Shown here in pieces: positions 1 to 14,348 of a DNA stretch of 64,000 nucleotides. The position numbers were made by a program, and so were the translations under genes. The number at the start of each line of letters is the position of its first letter. Within the stretch, counting starts at the first letter, position 1. The stretch comes from Tubiluchus corallicola (lineage: Eukaryota > Animalia > Priapulida): assembly GCA_030141605.1 (NCBI GenBank), contig JAQGDQ010000870.1, positions 22,427 through 86,426 on the forward strand. Direction: 5' to 3'. The notes under the pieces are model-generated. The model made no database searches. It was not told the origin of the DNA and saw nothing but the letters and a program-made list of their open reading frames with translations.

Positions 1-391
1 AATTTTGATTTTCTTTCTTCCTATTTTGACTCCTTCTGCTTTTTATACTGAATTATCAGAACAGCTCAAATGGTTTTAGTACCACAAACAGCTAACAAAA
101 AATTCAATATTGCAAACCATATTGACGGGACCTTTTATCTCACACTGAAAGCCGCAAAGCAGAGCAATAGAAGAGGCAATGAAACGAAAAGCAGTTACAA
201 GTTGCCAAGCTTGGTTTCATACAACGTCGTAACATTATATTGCTTAGCAACATCAGTTACTAAATTGCACAAAACGATGAGCGTTGCATAAAGGGAATGA
301 ATGGGAATAGATATTTCTTGATGGGGATTAAAATCCCTACTTCACGAAACACTACTAATAAGACTACAACCGAGGCATAAAATCTCTCTCA

Positions 392-461
392 TCCCCCTCT
401 CCCTCCCTCTCCCTCCCTCGCTCTCTCTTCTCTTCTCTCTCTCTCTCTCTCTCTCTCTTCT

Positions 462-501
<40 letters not shown>

Positions 502-521
502 CCCCCCCTCTCTCTCTTTCT
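392..521. repeat. (CT)n microsatellite
   Basis: Seen directly. Confidence 0.95.
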
Positions 522-1870
522 CGCTTCTCAAGTGATCTAATCTACCTGAATTTAGAGAGTTACTGTTGACAATTGCGCACAGACCAGTAAAGCACACACA
601 AGCACAATAAATTTCTTAACCAACGAAAAATGTCAGTTCTAAAACACTCGTTGTCAAACGATAGTTTTATCTGATTATTGTTAACCTAGGCATTATTAGT
701 AGTTTAAATATGTATTAAAGATTTTTTCCTTATTAATGAAGGTACTAGGCAGAAACGAGTGAATTATAGTCACTTTCTTCTACAGGTGCATTTGTAACAA
801 AGTGTTTTATCATTCAGAGCACACCAGCAAGCTGTCCTGAGATGAAAATTAAAATGTAGTTTAGTTTTACACGCCTAGAATCAATGCTTTTTAAGTTGAA
901 AATCATAACTAGATGGCACCACCAATCAACTTTACAGAAAAATCGATATTTCAAACAAATTTCAGACACCCGCGCGAATGTTTTAGCCAAGTTCACAATC
1001 AACCCGTTAACTCTAAACGATATTGACTTACCCATCTGGGTCTTCTTTGTCAGTAGTGCAATAACCTTGTTCTGTAACAAAAAAAACATTTAATTCTAGT
1101 TACACTCGCAGATAAAAATCTCCTTATATTACCGAGTTATCAGCACTGGACTTAAATAATAAAAGCATGGGTGACCGCCGGGGAACGCTTCTGGACGACT
1201 TAATCTGCCATAATGTATCTAATTATGTGCCTCGTCGGGGGAGGATGTATAGTGTATACGCATCCGATATTTTTGTATGATACGTCTCTTTGTTCTATGA
1301 CTCATCTACAGCGTTATTTCCTATGTTCCAATCCTGCCACAATTAGCTACACATGCTTTGTCGCTGAGTGTTGTATCTCAGCTCGCACAGTGGTGAACTA
1401 ATTGTAGAGAAATGAGACGCAAAGAAAAATTGCATGCTTATGATACTTGAAAACACATTGACATGACAGTTTTCGCAAGAGGATATCATGATGTCTCAGA
1501 AATCACTGTCTATACATACAATTTACGTTTTCCTAATTTTTTGGCAAACAAAGGACAACTTTTGAAAATTGTACAAATTAACTAAAACCCTGGGCAATTC
1601 TTTGGGTGAAGTTAGACAAAATGGCCATGTGGAGATAGACAAGTCTAACGATAACGAGCTTTCACTAGCCTAGAAGACGTTTAACATTTTGCACCTTCAC
1701 TGTTATGGTTGTTTAGAATAACAATAATGTTCAAAATAATTAATAATGTTGTTGCTAATGTGTTGCTCTATTAAGTCATTTGATGTCAATAATTAATAAT
1801 CTATTAAATGCCTGTTTACTTTCTATATATTTATTATATATATACTGTAGTTGTAGATGTGCAAAAAATG

Positions 1871-2224
1871 TACGGGGTTTTCAAAAGTCCCTCATTGTTT
1901 TCTAAAAATATAGAAATGACAGTCGCATGACGAACCAGATAAAGACTAATGAGAATCTTGGTGGCATCGAACTTGGCTTCATAAGCCTTCTGTAGCGATT
2001 TTGCACATTATACGGCTATGACAGGCTTTTTCTGTCATATGTACAGCGATGCAGCAATTTTATATCTATACAAACGTGGTAGCAGAGGGAAAGGACGCAA
2101 AACTTCAAATGTACAACCCTAAAATATTCAACTACCTAGTAAAAGTTTGCCACTAGACGAACTTGTTGGTCGATGCTTTAACGAAAATTGAAAATCAAAT
2201 TAGAGGGACTTTCAAAACACCGTA
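1871..2224. mobile_element. Tc1/mariner-type MITE
   Basis: Inverted termini TA-CGGGGTTTTCAAAAGTCCCTC ... GAGGGACTTTCAAAACACCG-TA with TA target duplication. Confidence 0.75.
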
Positions 2225-2273
2225 TAGCATTGTATTGATTTTCATTAATGCAAAACTATTTGAGGTATATTAC

Positions 2274-2554
2274 CTTCTGAACATTGAAGTAGAAGAGGTA
2301 CAAGTGTTCGCCAATATTCACAATTTCTTGCTGATGGCCCTTGGCGACTGCCAGATATATTCACATCAAGTGTTTGATAATGTCGACCTTCCGTTGTCCA
2401 ATGAGGCCATCTTTCTAAATTCGCAGAACTCTCTTCTAACTCTTCAAAGTTTTGATTAGGATTGCTGAAATGCAATAATTTATGTAATAATGCGATTATA
2501 ATTTATGTAATAATTTCATAATGATTTTGTTCATTCATGTTGTCATGACACAAT

Positions 2555-2621
<67 letters not shown>

Positions 2622-5600
2622 GCGTGTGCGTGTGCGTGTGTCACTGCAGTGGCGTAACAACTAGGCTGGGGGCCCTTGGACAAATTGAATGAAAGGCCCC
2701 ATATCGACCCCATTTTTAATTTTGTAAAAAAGTGTTGAAGTAATGAAATTATTATAAAACACAAAAAAATGATTAAATGAAAAGCGAAATCGAACTTTAT
2801 TATTATAGCAAATAGATTACAAAATTACTACAAAATTAGATACACCAAAATAGAAATAAGGCAACAAGTAACGCATACACAGTGTATGTCAAGTAGAAAT
2901 CCTGGAATGAAATTGATCTACATAAATTTTGCTGATCGAGCCTTAGTGTTGGCAAACTTGTCTGTAATATTGTCGACGTCTAGATCTAGGGGAAAACCCT
3001 TAAGAGTGGCAACCGGCAATCCTTCGGCATGGAAGTCAGTTCCCCGTTGGTTGCCAAAATTAGTAGCCAATTTAATACCAAATAAATACGCATTTTCCTG
3101 TCTGTAAATTTGCATGTTTTTAGGGTCAGGCTTAGGGGCCCTAGCATTTGTCTAGCCTTGTCCAATGGGCGTTACGCCACTGCGTGTGTGTGTGTGTGTG
3201 TGCGTGTGCGTGTGCGTGTGCGTGTGTGTGTGTGTGTGTCTTAACCATCATTATCATCATCGATGCTATTGTTTTGCTCATTTCTGAAATGGCCATTAGC
3301 ATACAGACTCTATTTTTGCACTTTAGTCAACTGCTACTAGCATGGTAATTATGATGGGTATGATGGTAATTTATCTTCCACTACACATGTCATTATTTGA
3401 TTAATGTGGAGCTATAAAATTACATTGTATTTGCTTAGAATCACTACAGGTGTAACTAAACCTTATGGTGCCAATAAAATCGTTTAGGCTTCATTATGCA
3501 TGTAATTGAGTGCGTTTGAAAGCTAAACAGTCAAAAGTAATTTATCCACAAATTTTTTTTCTTATATGCATATATCACCGGAGCACCGGAACTGTTATGA
3601 AGTGTAAATATGAAAAATTAACTTTTCACGTTTTTCTTCTTACGGAAAAATCAGTCTGCCACACGTAGCGCATACAGCATATGAATCCTGCACTGAATGT
3701 CGCAGACTTAATTTGTAACTGTGCCACTGTCTACGGGGCATAAATATCAACGCAAATATTATTCTTCATTAATAATATAATTTAATAGAATTTATTATTG
3801 TATTCAACACATAATCTTCATTAAATTTTGGTACATTTTAGAATGCGTTTCAGCTTGCACAGACGTAAGCGGTATTAATTTTGTGTTGAAATAGCAGAGG
3901 GTGACACGGTTTTGAAGTGCGCTACATACACAACCTGAAGCGCATCCATGTTTAAGGACAAGGACCTCTGTAACCAAAATAGATGATGATGATGATGATG
4001 ATAAGTCTTTATTAGCCTCTTTTTGCAGGCAAAAATTTCTGTACAAACATTATACAATTTTACATAGACACTAGAGTGAATTCTACAATATTGCATGTTT
4101 CGCATTCTGTAATTAGCTTTTCTAATTTGTGCATATAACATTATTTATAGTGATGTTAAACAAGAAGTAGTGAAGTGAGTGCTAAAATTAAGGTTATTAA
4201 TGAAAAACATAAATAACGTTTATTTAACAAATATTATTTTTTAAAAAAAATCTGAAATGTCAAACATATCTTTTTCTAGCAAAAAAGTGTACGAAGGGAT
4301 AGCTGTGCCATCCATGTTTTTTCACGGCTTAGGATTTAATGTTGCGTTAACTGCTAAGTAGCCTAAATTAAATTTTTATTTGCCCAAAGTTTCAAACGGA
4401 AAGGAAACGAAACGTTGACAGCTCCCAACAATTGAAAAAAGGCCATTTGCTGGTTTTACATTCTGTCAAAACCCATACTTTGCAAAAAACAATAAGTCGC
4501 TCATTTCACGTTTTGTAACTTATAGGAGAAGGTTAATGCAGTAGTAGAAAAAATTATTATTCAATCGACAAAACTAGTGGTACTTTAAATTCACTTTACC
4601 CAAACTTTGCAAAGTTGCTCCAATATTGCATTATCTTCTTTGAGAGAATTTTCTCAACGGCAGTATACTGGTCGCTTAGCAACGGCGTACCGAGTACGTA
4701 CACTCTCTCAGCCGTATGTGTAACACCCATCCACTTAGGACTCTTCAAATACTCTGTCCTATGCGTGAATAAGTACATAAAAACTGGAATGTCACGCCTT
4801 GCAAAATGAAAGGCCTGAATGTCTTGCTGACATAAAAAATTCCAGTCACCAATCATGCCAATAATGCCTTTTATGTTAGTGTCATTTAGATACGGCCAAT
4901 CATTGTATTCAAATCCCGTTGCGCTTGCGACAACTGCTGTCCAATGCCTGGGGAATATTTGTGCAACAGCCTGGTCATAATCTCCTTTGCTTATGTTTAA
5001 ATATTCAGTCATCGGAAACAACTGCGGGAAGCCATTAGCCGCGTACGTGGCGCCCTCATCCTTGCAGCTCCCTAGTAAAATTTCGGTCCGTTCTTTAAAA
5101 TGACCACGCTGCAGCGAAATCATTGGCGCTTCCTTAAGAAAAAAGCCATCAATGGTAGGCACAAACGGATTATCAAAAATTCCTTTTTCTTGTTCCTGTT
5201 GCCACTGTTTATCACAGATTTCTTCGAAGCTAACATTTCGCAGACATTTAATGATTAGCGCAGCATCAGGAAAATGGCAATCAGTAAGCTTAGCGAGATG
5301 AACTGATCGTTTTAGGGCAAGCTCTCTTGGTGAGAATGCCCAAGGCATGATCGCGGCACCACTTTCCATAATTGCTCGCTGAAATAAGTCCCTACTGAAC
5401 GGTGATAAAAGATGATAGCTGACGCTAGCAGAACCGGCACTACCACCAAATAGGCTGATCCTCTCACTGTCACCTCCAAATCTCTCTGCGTTCTCCCTTA
5501 TCCACTTCAGGGCCAGGCGCTGGTCCAACAGGCCCACATTTCCGGGAGATTCTGGGCTATTAAGATACAGAAACCCTAAAGCACCCAACCGATAGGCAAC

Positions 5601-6101
5601 AGAGAAAACTATGACGTCGCCGGTAACGACGAAGGCGTCAGGAATGATGGCGGCAGTTCCGGTCATGAACCCACCACCATGAATGTAAACCAACACGGGC
5701 TTCTTAATGTTGCCACTGGGAACCCAGACATTTAGGTATAAACAGTCTTCGCGCATATCTTCACTCCAAGTTTCATATTCACTGACCTGATGTATGAGCT
5801 TGTCTAGCATCTCATTATTAACTAGGGAAATCCTTTCTTTTTGCGCACAAAATGGAGCCAGCGAAGTGGCGTTGATGACATCAGACCAAGGTCGGATTGG
5901 TATTGGCGGCATGAACCTGAGTGTACCAATTGGTGGTTCTGCATATGGTATGCCGAAGAAGTAAGAGAGATCTTTATTCAAAACTGTTTTCACTGCCCCT
6001 TGAATTTTGCCAGTTGTGGTGGATACCACGGGGTCACTCAGCTGATCAGAGTGAGTTACTGGTGTTAAAAGGAACAGTAAAAGCCACATTGCAGTCATCA
6101 T
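2274..6101 (-). CDS. Acetylcholinesterase-like carboxyl/cholinesterase (alpha/beta hydrolase), secreted; coding exons 6101-4600 and 2464-2274; terminal exon unresolved
   Basis: Signal peptide MMTAMWLLLFLLTPVTHS. Family motifs FFGIPYAEPPIG-LRF, EDCLYLNVW, oxyanion HGGGF, nucleophile GGSAG, acid GSCKDEG and His GVTH. Three cholinesterase-type Cys pairs. The ORF-track stop at 4596 lies in a splice donor (TTTGG|GTAAAG). It joins in frame to tttcag|C AAT CCT AAT at 2464, giving NPN...WPHWTTEGRHYQTL...GPSARNCEYWRTLVP, the typical AChE C-terminal catalytic exon, which ends GAAG|GTAATA at 2274. Confidence 0.9.
2647..3182 (-). mobile_element. Non-autonomous hAT deletion derivative inside a (TG)n tract
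   Basis: Perfect 12-bp TIRs CAGTGGCGTAAC / GTTACGCCACTG. The - strand relic LDLDVDNITDKFANTKARSAKFM* resembles the extreme C-terminus of hAT transposases. Confidence 0.72.
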
Positions 6102-7814
6102 GCTAATATATCAGGGCAGCTCATTCGATATCCTTGAAATGGATTCAGACTATATGTCTGTGCTGATTCATTATTTTGGTTTTCTGAACCTACAAAGGGA
6201 AATAACAGTCTTTATTAAACAGTAAAGGCTGCAAACAGTAAACACAAGATTCTGAGTTACTGGTGTCCAAACAGTGCGGGAGAACTCGTATAATCGTATT
6301 ATGAAACGTCAACTCAAATTAAAAAAAACTTGCTATAGAAAGCTCTGAGAATGTGATTTGAGTATATATGTTTAGACCGATACCTTTATGCGTAGTCCTA
6401 CCGAAATGTGTGCAGTATTAGTCACTTTGAGTACTTTAGTGACCCAGACTAAATAGCGCAATTTAATCAAATTTGGTTACGTCGGAGCATTGATTTAAAG
6501 TTAACTGCATATCTTATTGCATTTGTTATTAACCCAAGTTAGAACTGATAATGGCAGAAACCAAAGTTTTTGATATAAATGAGGTCCCACATAGTTGAGC
6601 GGTAATGGTGTGTGCTTAGTGACTGAAGTTACGTAACGCCCAGTTTTGCCAGCAAATGGAAAGATGATTGCCAGAGAAACTGCTCCTAGGCAGATTCATC
6701 TGCCACAGTGCCCCCAGCTGTTTATCTCGCTCGGGTTAAATTTATAAGATTTAAGCTTCAACGATTACCCTTGATAAAAATTCAGGTTCCGGTCTCGCAA
6801 CAAATATCAAGATAAAGTAAAACCTCGTCATTGAGTGATGGACCATGGCATGTAGAGTGTGGAAGCCTATAAAGAAATTTTCGTAATTAGATTGGAAAAG
6901 GCCTGTTTGTGAAGCCATAGCCTAATATTCCTATTATTGTAAAATATAGTGCAGCATTCTTGAACATTCTAACGGAAATAGATTTAGATATATATCTTTC
7001 TCTCTACAGGTTTGTTTCGCTACATCTCTGGCTTTTATATAAAACAGTAACGAAATTTGTATTGTCATTATTATTAACGCTGTTAATGTTTTAAAGGATG
7101 CAAGAAAGGATTTTGTGGATTTTGAAATTAGAAAGCTTGCCATGGGTTTTTCTGAGGAAGATTTTTCAACCTATTTAAGAACCTAAATTAACGCTATCAA
7201 AAGCGAAAATGTTATCATCAAAATAGTCCAGTAGATATGAATTATGAATCAGTGTTTAGTCAGCAATACAGTAATAACAGCAGCAACAGCAACAGCAGCA
7301 GTAGTAGTAGTTGTAGTGGTGGTGGTGGTCGTGGTGGTCGTTGCGCTTGTGATAGTGATGGTGACGGTGACGGTGTCGGCGGTGGCAGCAACAGCAGCAG
7401 CAGTTTTAGTAGTAGTAGTAGTAATATTACGCCTAGGTGACACAAACCGTTTGCAAGTACGGTTTACAATTACACAGTTAGAAAATTGTAAGCTCCGTTC
7501 TGCAAAAGAATGATTAAAAATATTATAAAACACTTTGCAGCCTTAAACGAAAATCGCTTAGGGAAATTATGTTAGGGAAATTATAACATGGAATTTAGAA
7601 TTTATTTTTAGCATATACATTATACTACAATTACATACATACAATAAAACAACAACAAAATACAAAAATAGAAAACAGAGCTATTACATTATAGCTATGG
7701 AACCAAAAAACATACATAATAAATAACAATAAAAGCTGCTCAGCTGTTTTTAAGATTTTGCCTTAGAAAAGTCAGCTTAACTAATCAAAAAAACTGCGAA
7801 AATAGCAAACTCAC

Positions 7815-7890
7815 CGTGTCTCTGACATTTAAATGAATCCACGTTCCGCTAGTGAAAACTGAATGAGACAAATGGACAGATTCATATAAA
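7815..7890 (-). promoter_or_regulatory. Putative TATA/Inr promoter and non-coding exon 1 of the cholinesterase-like gene
   Basis: On the - strand TATATGAA (7888) lies ~28 nt before TCAGTT (7862-7857). A donor ACG|GTGAGT follows at 7815, and there is an acceptor ccctttgtag|G at 6189 upstream of the ATG. Confidence 0.55.
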
Positions 7891-8519
7891 ACACTAAATA
7901 CATTGTTATCACCAAAGATGCTGTTGCAGCAACTGATACACTAAACCCGCATGTTAAAGAATAGCAATAATTCTGTTCTCTCTACTGAGGATGCAGAACG
8001 CATGCGGCTTGCGCAGCATGCAAAAATAGCGTTGATAATTATTCACGTGGCATTACTAAATTTTTATCCAGGGCCTGCAGCAAAGACGGAAATGTTTGAA
8101 AGAACAGCTCAGAATGAAAAACAAGAAGCGCGTAATGCGGAGAGACAAACGCATTTTTTTATTTCAAAATTGTTAGCTCTAAGTACTATAAGAGATTGAC
8201 GAAAAAACAATCTAACGGTAAAGGAAGAAAACAAAATAAAGAAGTAGGAAGAGAGAAGAATGAAAAAAGAAAATGAAGGAAAGTCGGATAGAAGGCAGAC
8301 AAGAATAAAAGTAGACAGAGTAGTAAAGCAATGAAGGCTCCGGCAGTGTTAAAGCTTCCTACAGTTTTGTGAAAGTTTCAGTTAAATTAATCTACAAAAT
8401 AAAACTTTTTAGAAATAAGGTGTTTATAAAACAGTGTTAATTAAACCTTAAATTCGATACGAAGAATTCTTATTTTTTTAATTTTTGAAGTACTTTGTTT
8501 TACTTGATGGCTTTGTTTT

Positions 8520-8810
8520 ACTAGATTTGACTTTACTTGACTTTATTTTACTTTACTTGACTTGATGTGACTTTACTTTACTTTACTTTGCTTTGCTCTG
8601 CTCTGCTCTGCTCTGCTCTGCTCTACTCTACTGTACTGTACTGTACTGTACTCTGCTCTGCTCTGCTCTGCTCTGCTCTGCTCTGCTCTACTCTACTCTA
8701 CTCTAATCTACTCTACTCTAATCTATCTACTCTACTCTGATCTAATCTTACCTAATCTAATCTGATCTAACCTAACCTGTAATCTAATCTAATCTACTTT
8801 ACTTCACTTC
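8520..8810. repeat. Compound pentanucleotide microsatellite (CTTTA/CTCTG/CTGTA/CTCTA/ATCTA)
   Basis: Seen directly; 5-nt period throughout. Confidence 0.92.
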
Positions 8811-9390
8811 GCGTAATTTACACGTAATTTCATTTCATTTACCTTTTTTAGAAACAAAATGTAGCACAAACAAAAGGTTACGGTAAAAACTGGCAGCTAC
8901 AGGACATCCATGTTGACCATGCATCTGTAATTACAGGCAGTAATAAAATATCGTCTTGGTGTTTCTATCCTCCTGCATTCTCCCTCGTCAATCATTTTTT
9001 GAATATTCATAAAATATATGATCCACTAATATTCATAAATCATTTTTAAACATTAATAAATCAATTTTGAATGCTCATGAATCATTTTTCAATAATCACA
9101 TAAGATTTATTTTTATTAATAAGTGCGTCATTTGTCAGTTAGTCAATTTTGAACATACATGTTTTTAAATATTTAAAAATAATGATTAATTTCTACTTTG
9201 ATGTCCCATACTATGTATGTTCTCATCATTCGTCCATAGGCGAAGTGCTCGGGTTTGAAGTTCACTTTATAGATTACTTTCCAAAGTTACACTAATCAGA
9301 AACAAATTATTAGTTTGTGATTTGCTGTATCATAGCAAACCATTCGCATGTAGGGCTATAGAGTATACTACTACTACTACTACAACTACT

Positions 9391-9429
<39 letters not shown>

Positions 9430-9697
9430 ACCACCACCACCACCACTACTACTGTTATGAGTTGGAATTGGTTACACAAAACATGGTGAATAAACGGAGA
9501 AGCATTTGCGACATTACTTCATTTTTATTGCCAGTAAACACAAATTAACAAAAACAAAACATCAGGGCTGTCATCCTGAGCAGCCGACATTACTTCCACC
9601 TCAATAACAACTCTCACCAACTAGGTCAAAAGCAAGTACAGAACACAGGTGAGAAGCCAACCTGGCGCTTAAACTAAAATCGGCAGGCGGGTCATAA

Positions 9698-9943
<246 letters not shown>

Positions 9944-11283
9944 TCTAGCTTAATTTCAATCTAAAGCAAGCGTAACAAATTCAAGAGAACAACAGACTTG
10001 TAAATTTATCCTAAGCGTTTTGCCTAAGAGCTTACACTTAAATTCACGCCCGAGCTCACACGTGCCCGCAGCTGTGCAGAGAGAGATGTGTTGTGTTTCC
10101 AATACCCATATAATGCAAAATATTTCGTTTTAGTGGTGAATATAAACGGTATAGCAGGGATTGCATTGTCATCTCATATTTAGAAAATACCTAAAGCGGA
10201 CGTACGTCACATATTTACGTGACGTGAGTGTCGTATTGAATTATAGCAAGACTATCATACGCGTATTCTATTATTGTAAGCAAAGCATCACGAAAACATT
10301 CATTAGAGCAGTATAATGATGTAGTGAATATAGATAACGTAAGCAGTTTGACATTTTTGTATTATCATCTTGCAGGTGTTTCTGGTGATTATGCTTAATA
10401 GTGGTAATACTATAATGATTGGGCTAGCGTTTTAGTGCTGAATTCGAGCTAAAACGCACGCGTGTGAAGGTCTGTGACCTACATTTTGATAATCTTAGCA
10501 TCTTGCCTTAACTGCTACTGCTGTTACAAGATTGTGATAGCATAATTCCCTGACCCAAACCGGTAGAATTAGAATTCTTAATATTGGCTCGATGGATTTG
10601 ATCTTCGAAAGAACAGCTAGCGTCACCTATGAACGGAATTGTTTATAATTTTGGATATTTTTTCTGATTGCCTAAGTCATGTCGGACATAATACAGCTCA
10701 AGTACCACTAACGCAACAACGCATTATTTTAGCAACACTAGTATTTACCAAGCAGTATTCGTACATTTTCAATTAGTCAAACATATAACCTCTTTGGCCG
10801 TGCACTTAATCACGTTGTTTCTTTGGGAGTTAATAATGTTGTTTACTTGTGTTCTCACGTGTGTTATCTCAACTTACCTGTGGTATTAAGCAAACAAAGG
10901 TAGTCCTCTGCAACGACGTGTCACAAATCCTGTAAAACCTTTACAATCTACAGGAAATGCTAATGAAGTAACAGCTAAAAATCCACTTCTAGCTTCTAAA
11001 TTTGAAATCAAAACGTCCCCAAACGGGAAATCACCTGCAATTTCACCTGTGCCAAGCAGCTGTTGTGCAGCTTTTACTACCACTGCCCTCTGTTAACAGA
11101 AAATGCCTTAGTACATGCACCTGCATGTTTACATAAAGAGGTTAGCTTATAAATAATATTTTCAATGTAAATAGTAGCCTGTACTATCTTTCACCACAAA
11201 TATGACTAATATATTCATCGGGCAAGCAGCAATTCTATTTACCGTGCAAATGTCTACATGTGAACGTGTTTGATTAGGCCACC

Positions 11284-14200
11284 ATGCAGTACTTCATCTC
11301 CAGAAACATGGCCATTATTGGCGCTTGTGGACTGGCAATTGGTGTCGCTGTCGTCGGCGTCGTAGTCGGCAAGATTTCTAGAAAATGTGAAGCCGCTGAT
11401 GCTGTTCCTTCAAAACAACCGCCAACTGTAACCACAGCAACAACAACTGACAACGCAACTGCCAGTGTGACTACACAAACTCTTAATCCTACAAACGAAA
11501 GTGTGACAGCAAGCCCAATGCCTACAGAACGACCAGACCTGCGCCTGCCAGGTAATATTACACCTGTCCGCTACAAACTCTACTTATGGCCAGATATAGA
11601 TAATTTCACAGCTACAGGTTCTGTGATTCTAGAATTCAAATGTCTTCAAACTACAAGACAGATCACTGTACATGTTAGCAAAAAACATTTATTTATTGAC
11701 GCTCTCAAGACCCAGTTGATTCACGAGAGAAAACATGTAAATATCGAAAGCCAGTATTACGAAGAGGAAAAGGAATTTTATCATGTTTTTGTCAGCAAAG
11801 CATTGTCAGAACTGGAAGATTATGAGCTGCATTTAACGTGGAATGGTATTTTTTCGGGCGATCTAAAAGGGCTTTATGGCAGTTTTTACACAGATGGGAG
11901 CGGGAAAACGAAGTAAGTTAGTCATAATTATGTTTTGTTGTTATACCCTTTCTGCTTCTTGAATAGCGGTTTGGTACATGTAACAATGATTGAATCTTTC
12001 TATGCTATGGTCGTCTCATCTACGGTCATTTCAAGCATGCACTTAAAATAGAACAGAAAGTGTACCAAATGTATGGGCAAAGCTAACTAGAGTGATTCAG
12101 GCCCTTACAATAACTATAGAGTCAGAGGAAACCAATTCTACTTACAGCCATATTATCGATTTTTTTCGAAGGTGGATGGCTTCTACGCAAATGCAGGGTC
12201 CATATGCCAGACGGGTATTACCTTGCCTGGACGAACCGTATTACAAGGCAACGTTCAGTTGCACAGTAGTAAGAAAGAAGCATATGGTGGCTCTTTCAAA
12301 CACAGACATCCAGTCTACTGAAACAGTGTGAGTTTGACATAAATAAATTAGATATATGCCAGAAAATATAGTAACACACAATCCTGTGCTAATTTACAAA
12401 CAAATCACTAACGATTATATTGCGTTTACTGTTTAAGATAAACGTCCTAAGAAAGATACTTATTTAACCTAAGCACATACACTCAAAATTAAGCAATAGT
12501 GAAATTTTATCACAATTTTTTTCTCAAGTTTTCCTCCTTATGTCGAATGTCGATTGACGTTTCATCTACTAGCTATGACTCATTGAATAGACTCATTTTC
12601 GTGCACGACAAAGCTGGAATATGGCATTCAACTTAACTTTGGCCACGGCTATTCCCCTGAATCCCTTAGCGTCTATTCAAAAGCCGAAATAATTCGGCGA
12701 CTCTATTCATACATGTTAACACAGCTGCACGAAATTTCAATAGAGAAAATATGATAAAAAAATTATCCCCCGGTACCTAAAAAAGGATTGTTTAGCTATA
12801 AGCTTATGAAAAGTTTTTACTTCAGAGAACTTATTAACATAACTGAATCAGGATAATTCAAGATAATGATAGATATGGAGTGGCATGTCAAGTAAATTGC
12901 ATATGGAGTGAGGCTCTAGGGACGTAACGGGTGGATACTTTTGTGTTTTAGCCCAGGACATCATGATTGGGTTGCTGATGTTTATGAAGAAACTCCAGTC
13001 ATGTCAACCTACCTTCTTGCCTTTGTTATTTGCGAGTTTCAGCATTTGAACATTACAACTGACAATGGTGTTAAGGTAAGAAACCTTCCAAAAATGCGAC
13101 CGTAGCTACCATGTCGTTCGTTAAATTAAGGAAGAACACTTATGATCTTTCACAAAAATTCATCTTCTATAATCAAAACCTAAATTACCAAGAACCTCTG
13201 CATTAAGGCTGTTGTCAGAAATTATTGTGCTTTTACCCGATTTCAGGATTAACTGTATCTGCTGTGGGTGAAGCTAGTTCGTTGTTCTGCGACAATGCCG
13301 TAACCAGTGGTAGCATAAGCTCTTCCAAAACTGACTTAGAAAATCCTTTCACGTGATGTACGCCAAAGGCCATTTGAAACAAACAGCAAAGGAGTCGAAG
13401 ATATCCAAACGAGTCTGATTTGGATTAGCATGCTACCATTAGTTGGGTTGTGTCATTAGAGTAGCAGAGCTAACTGGCACCTTGCGGAGGATCTAATTAA
13501 GCTGGTAAACCTAGTTAAGCATAATAACCGCTTGTTTTACCAAAGGAACTTTTGTAACGCATGTAGAGTTACTAAATTTCTAAAATCTTTCCACCGGTAT
13601 TCTATCGCTGGCGTTTTCTTCAATTTAGATACGAGCTTGGGCAAGACCAGAGTTGATTCATCAAGCTGAGTATGCACTTTTTGCAACTGCACACATCATT
13701 GAACAGTTTGAGGCGTTGTTTAATGTAAAATACGCACTTAGTAAATCAGGTATGTTATATAACAAACAACGATTATTTAAACAAAGTCTTAGGTAATTGT
13801 CAGTGATAATTACACATTTGAAATTTTGTTAGTGCACAGGTCAATTGTTGCATTAATTTTGAAAATGCAATGATAACAGCAGTTGTGGAAGGTAATGAAA
13901 TCTTGGAGAAACGAGGTACATGTAGTGGAATGCGAACGGGTGGTTGTAATGGCACCGGTAAGCATGTCATGATGATGGGTAGTGATACTGGTAGCGGTAA
14001 AGGCGACAAGGATGATTCTGATGATAGTGATAACGTTAGTGATGATAATGATAATAATAGCAACCATGAATATGTTATTGGTATGATAATTATGATGATG
14101 TTGCTGATAGTGAGTGTGGTGGTGGTGATGATGGTGGTGGTGGTGGTGATGGTGGTGGTGGCGGTGATGATAATGATGACAATGACAATAATAAAGACGT

Positions 14201-14306
14201 TAGTGTTAATGTTTATGAGGACAGTGTTCCTTATGATGATGATAACGATGCTGATGATAATGGTAATAACAAAGCATCATCATCATCATCATCATATTCA
14301 CCATTG

Positions 14307-14348
<42 letters not shown>

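Noticed and set aside
1125-1195. 5S rRNA-like segment (ATGGGTGACCGCCGGGAA)
   Set aside because: Too short and degenerate for a 5S gene; at most a SINE relic.
7237-7533. Poly-Ser/Val/Thr/Leu ORFs on both strands
   Set aside because: Trinucleotide microsatellite in the 5'-UTR intron of the cholinesterase-like gene; no splice or coding support.
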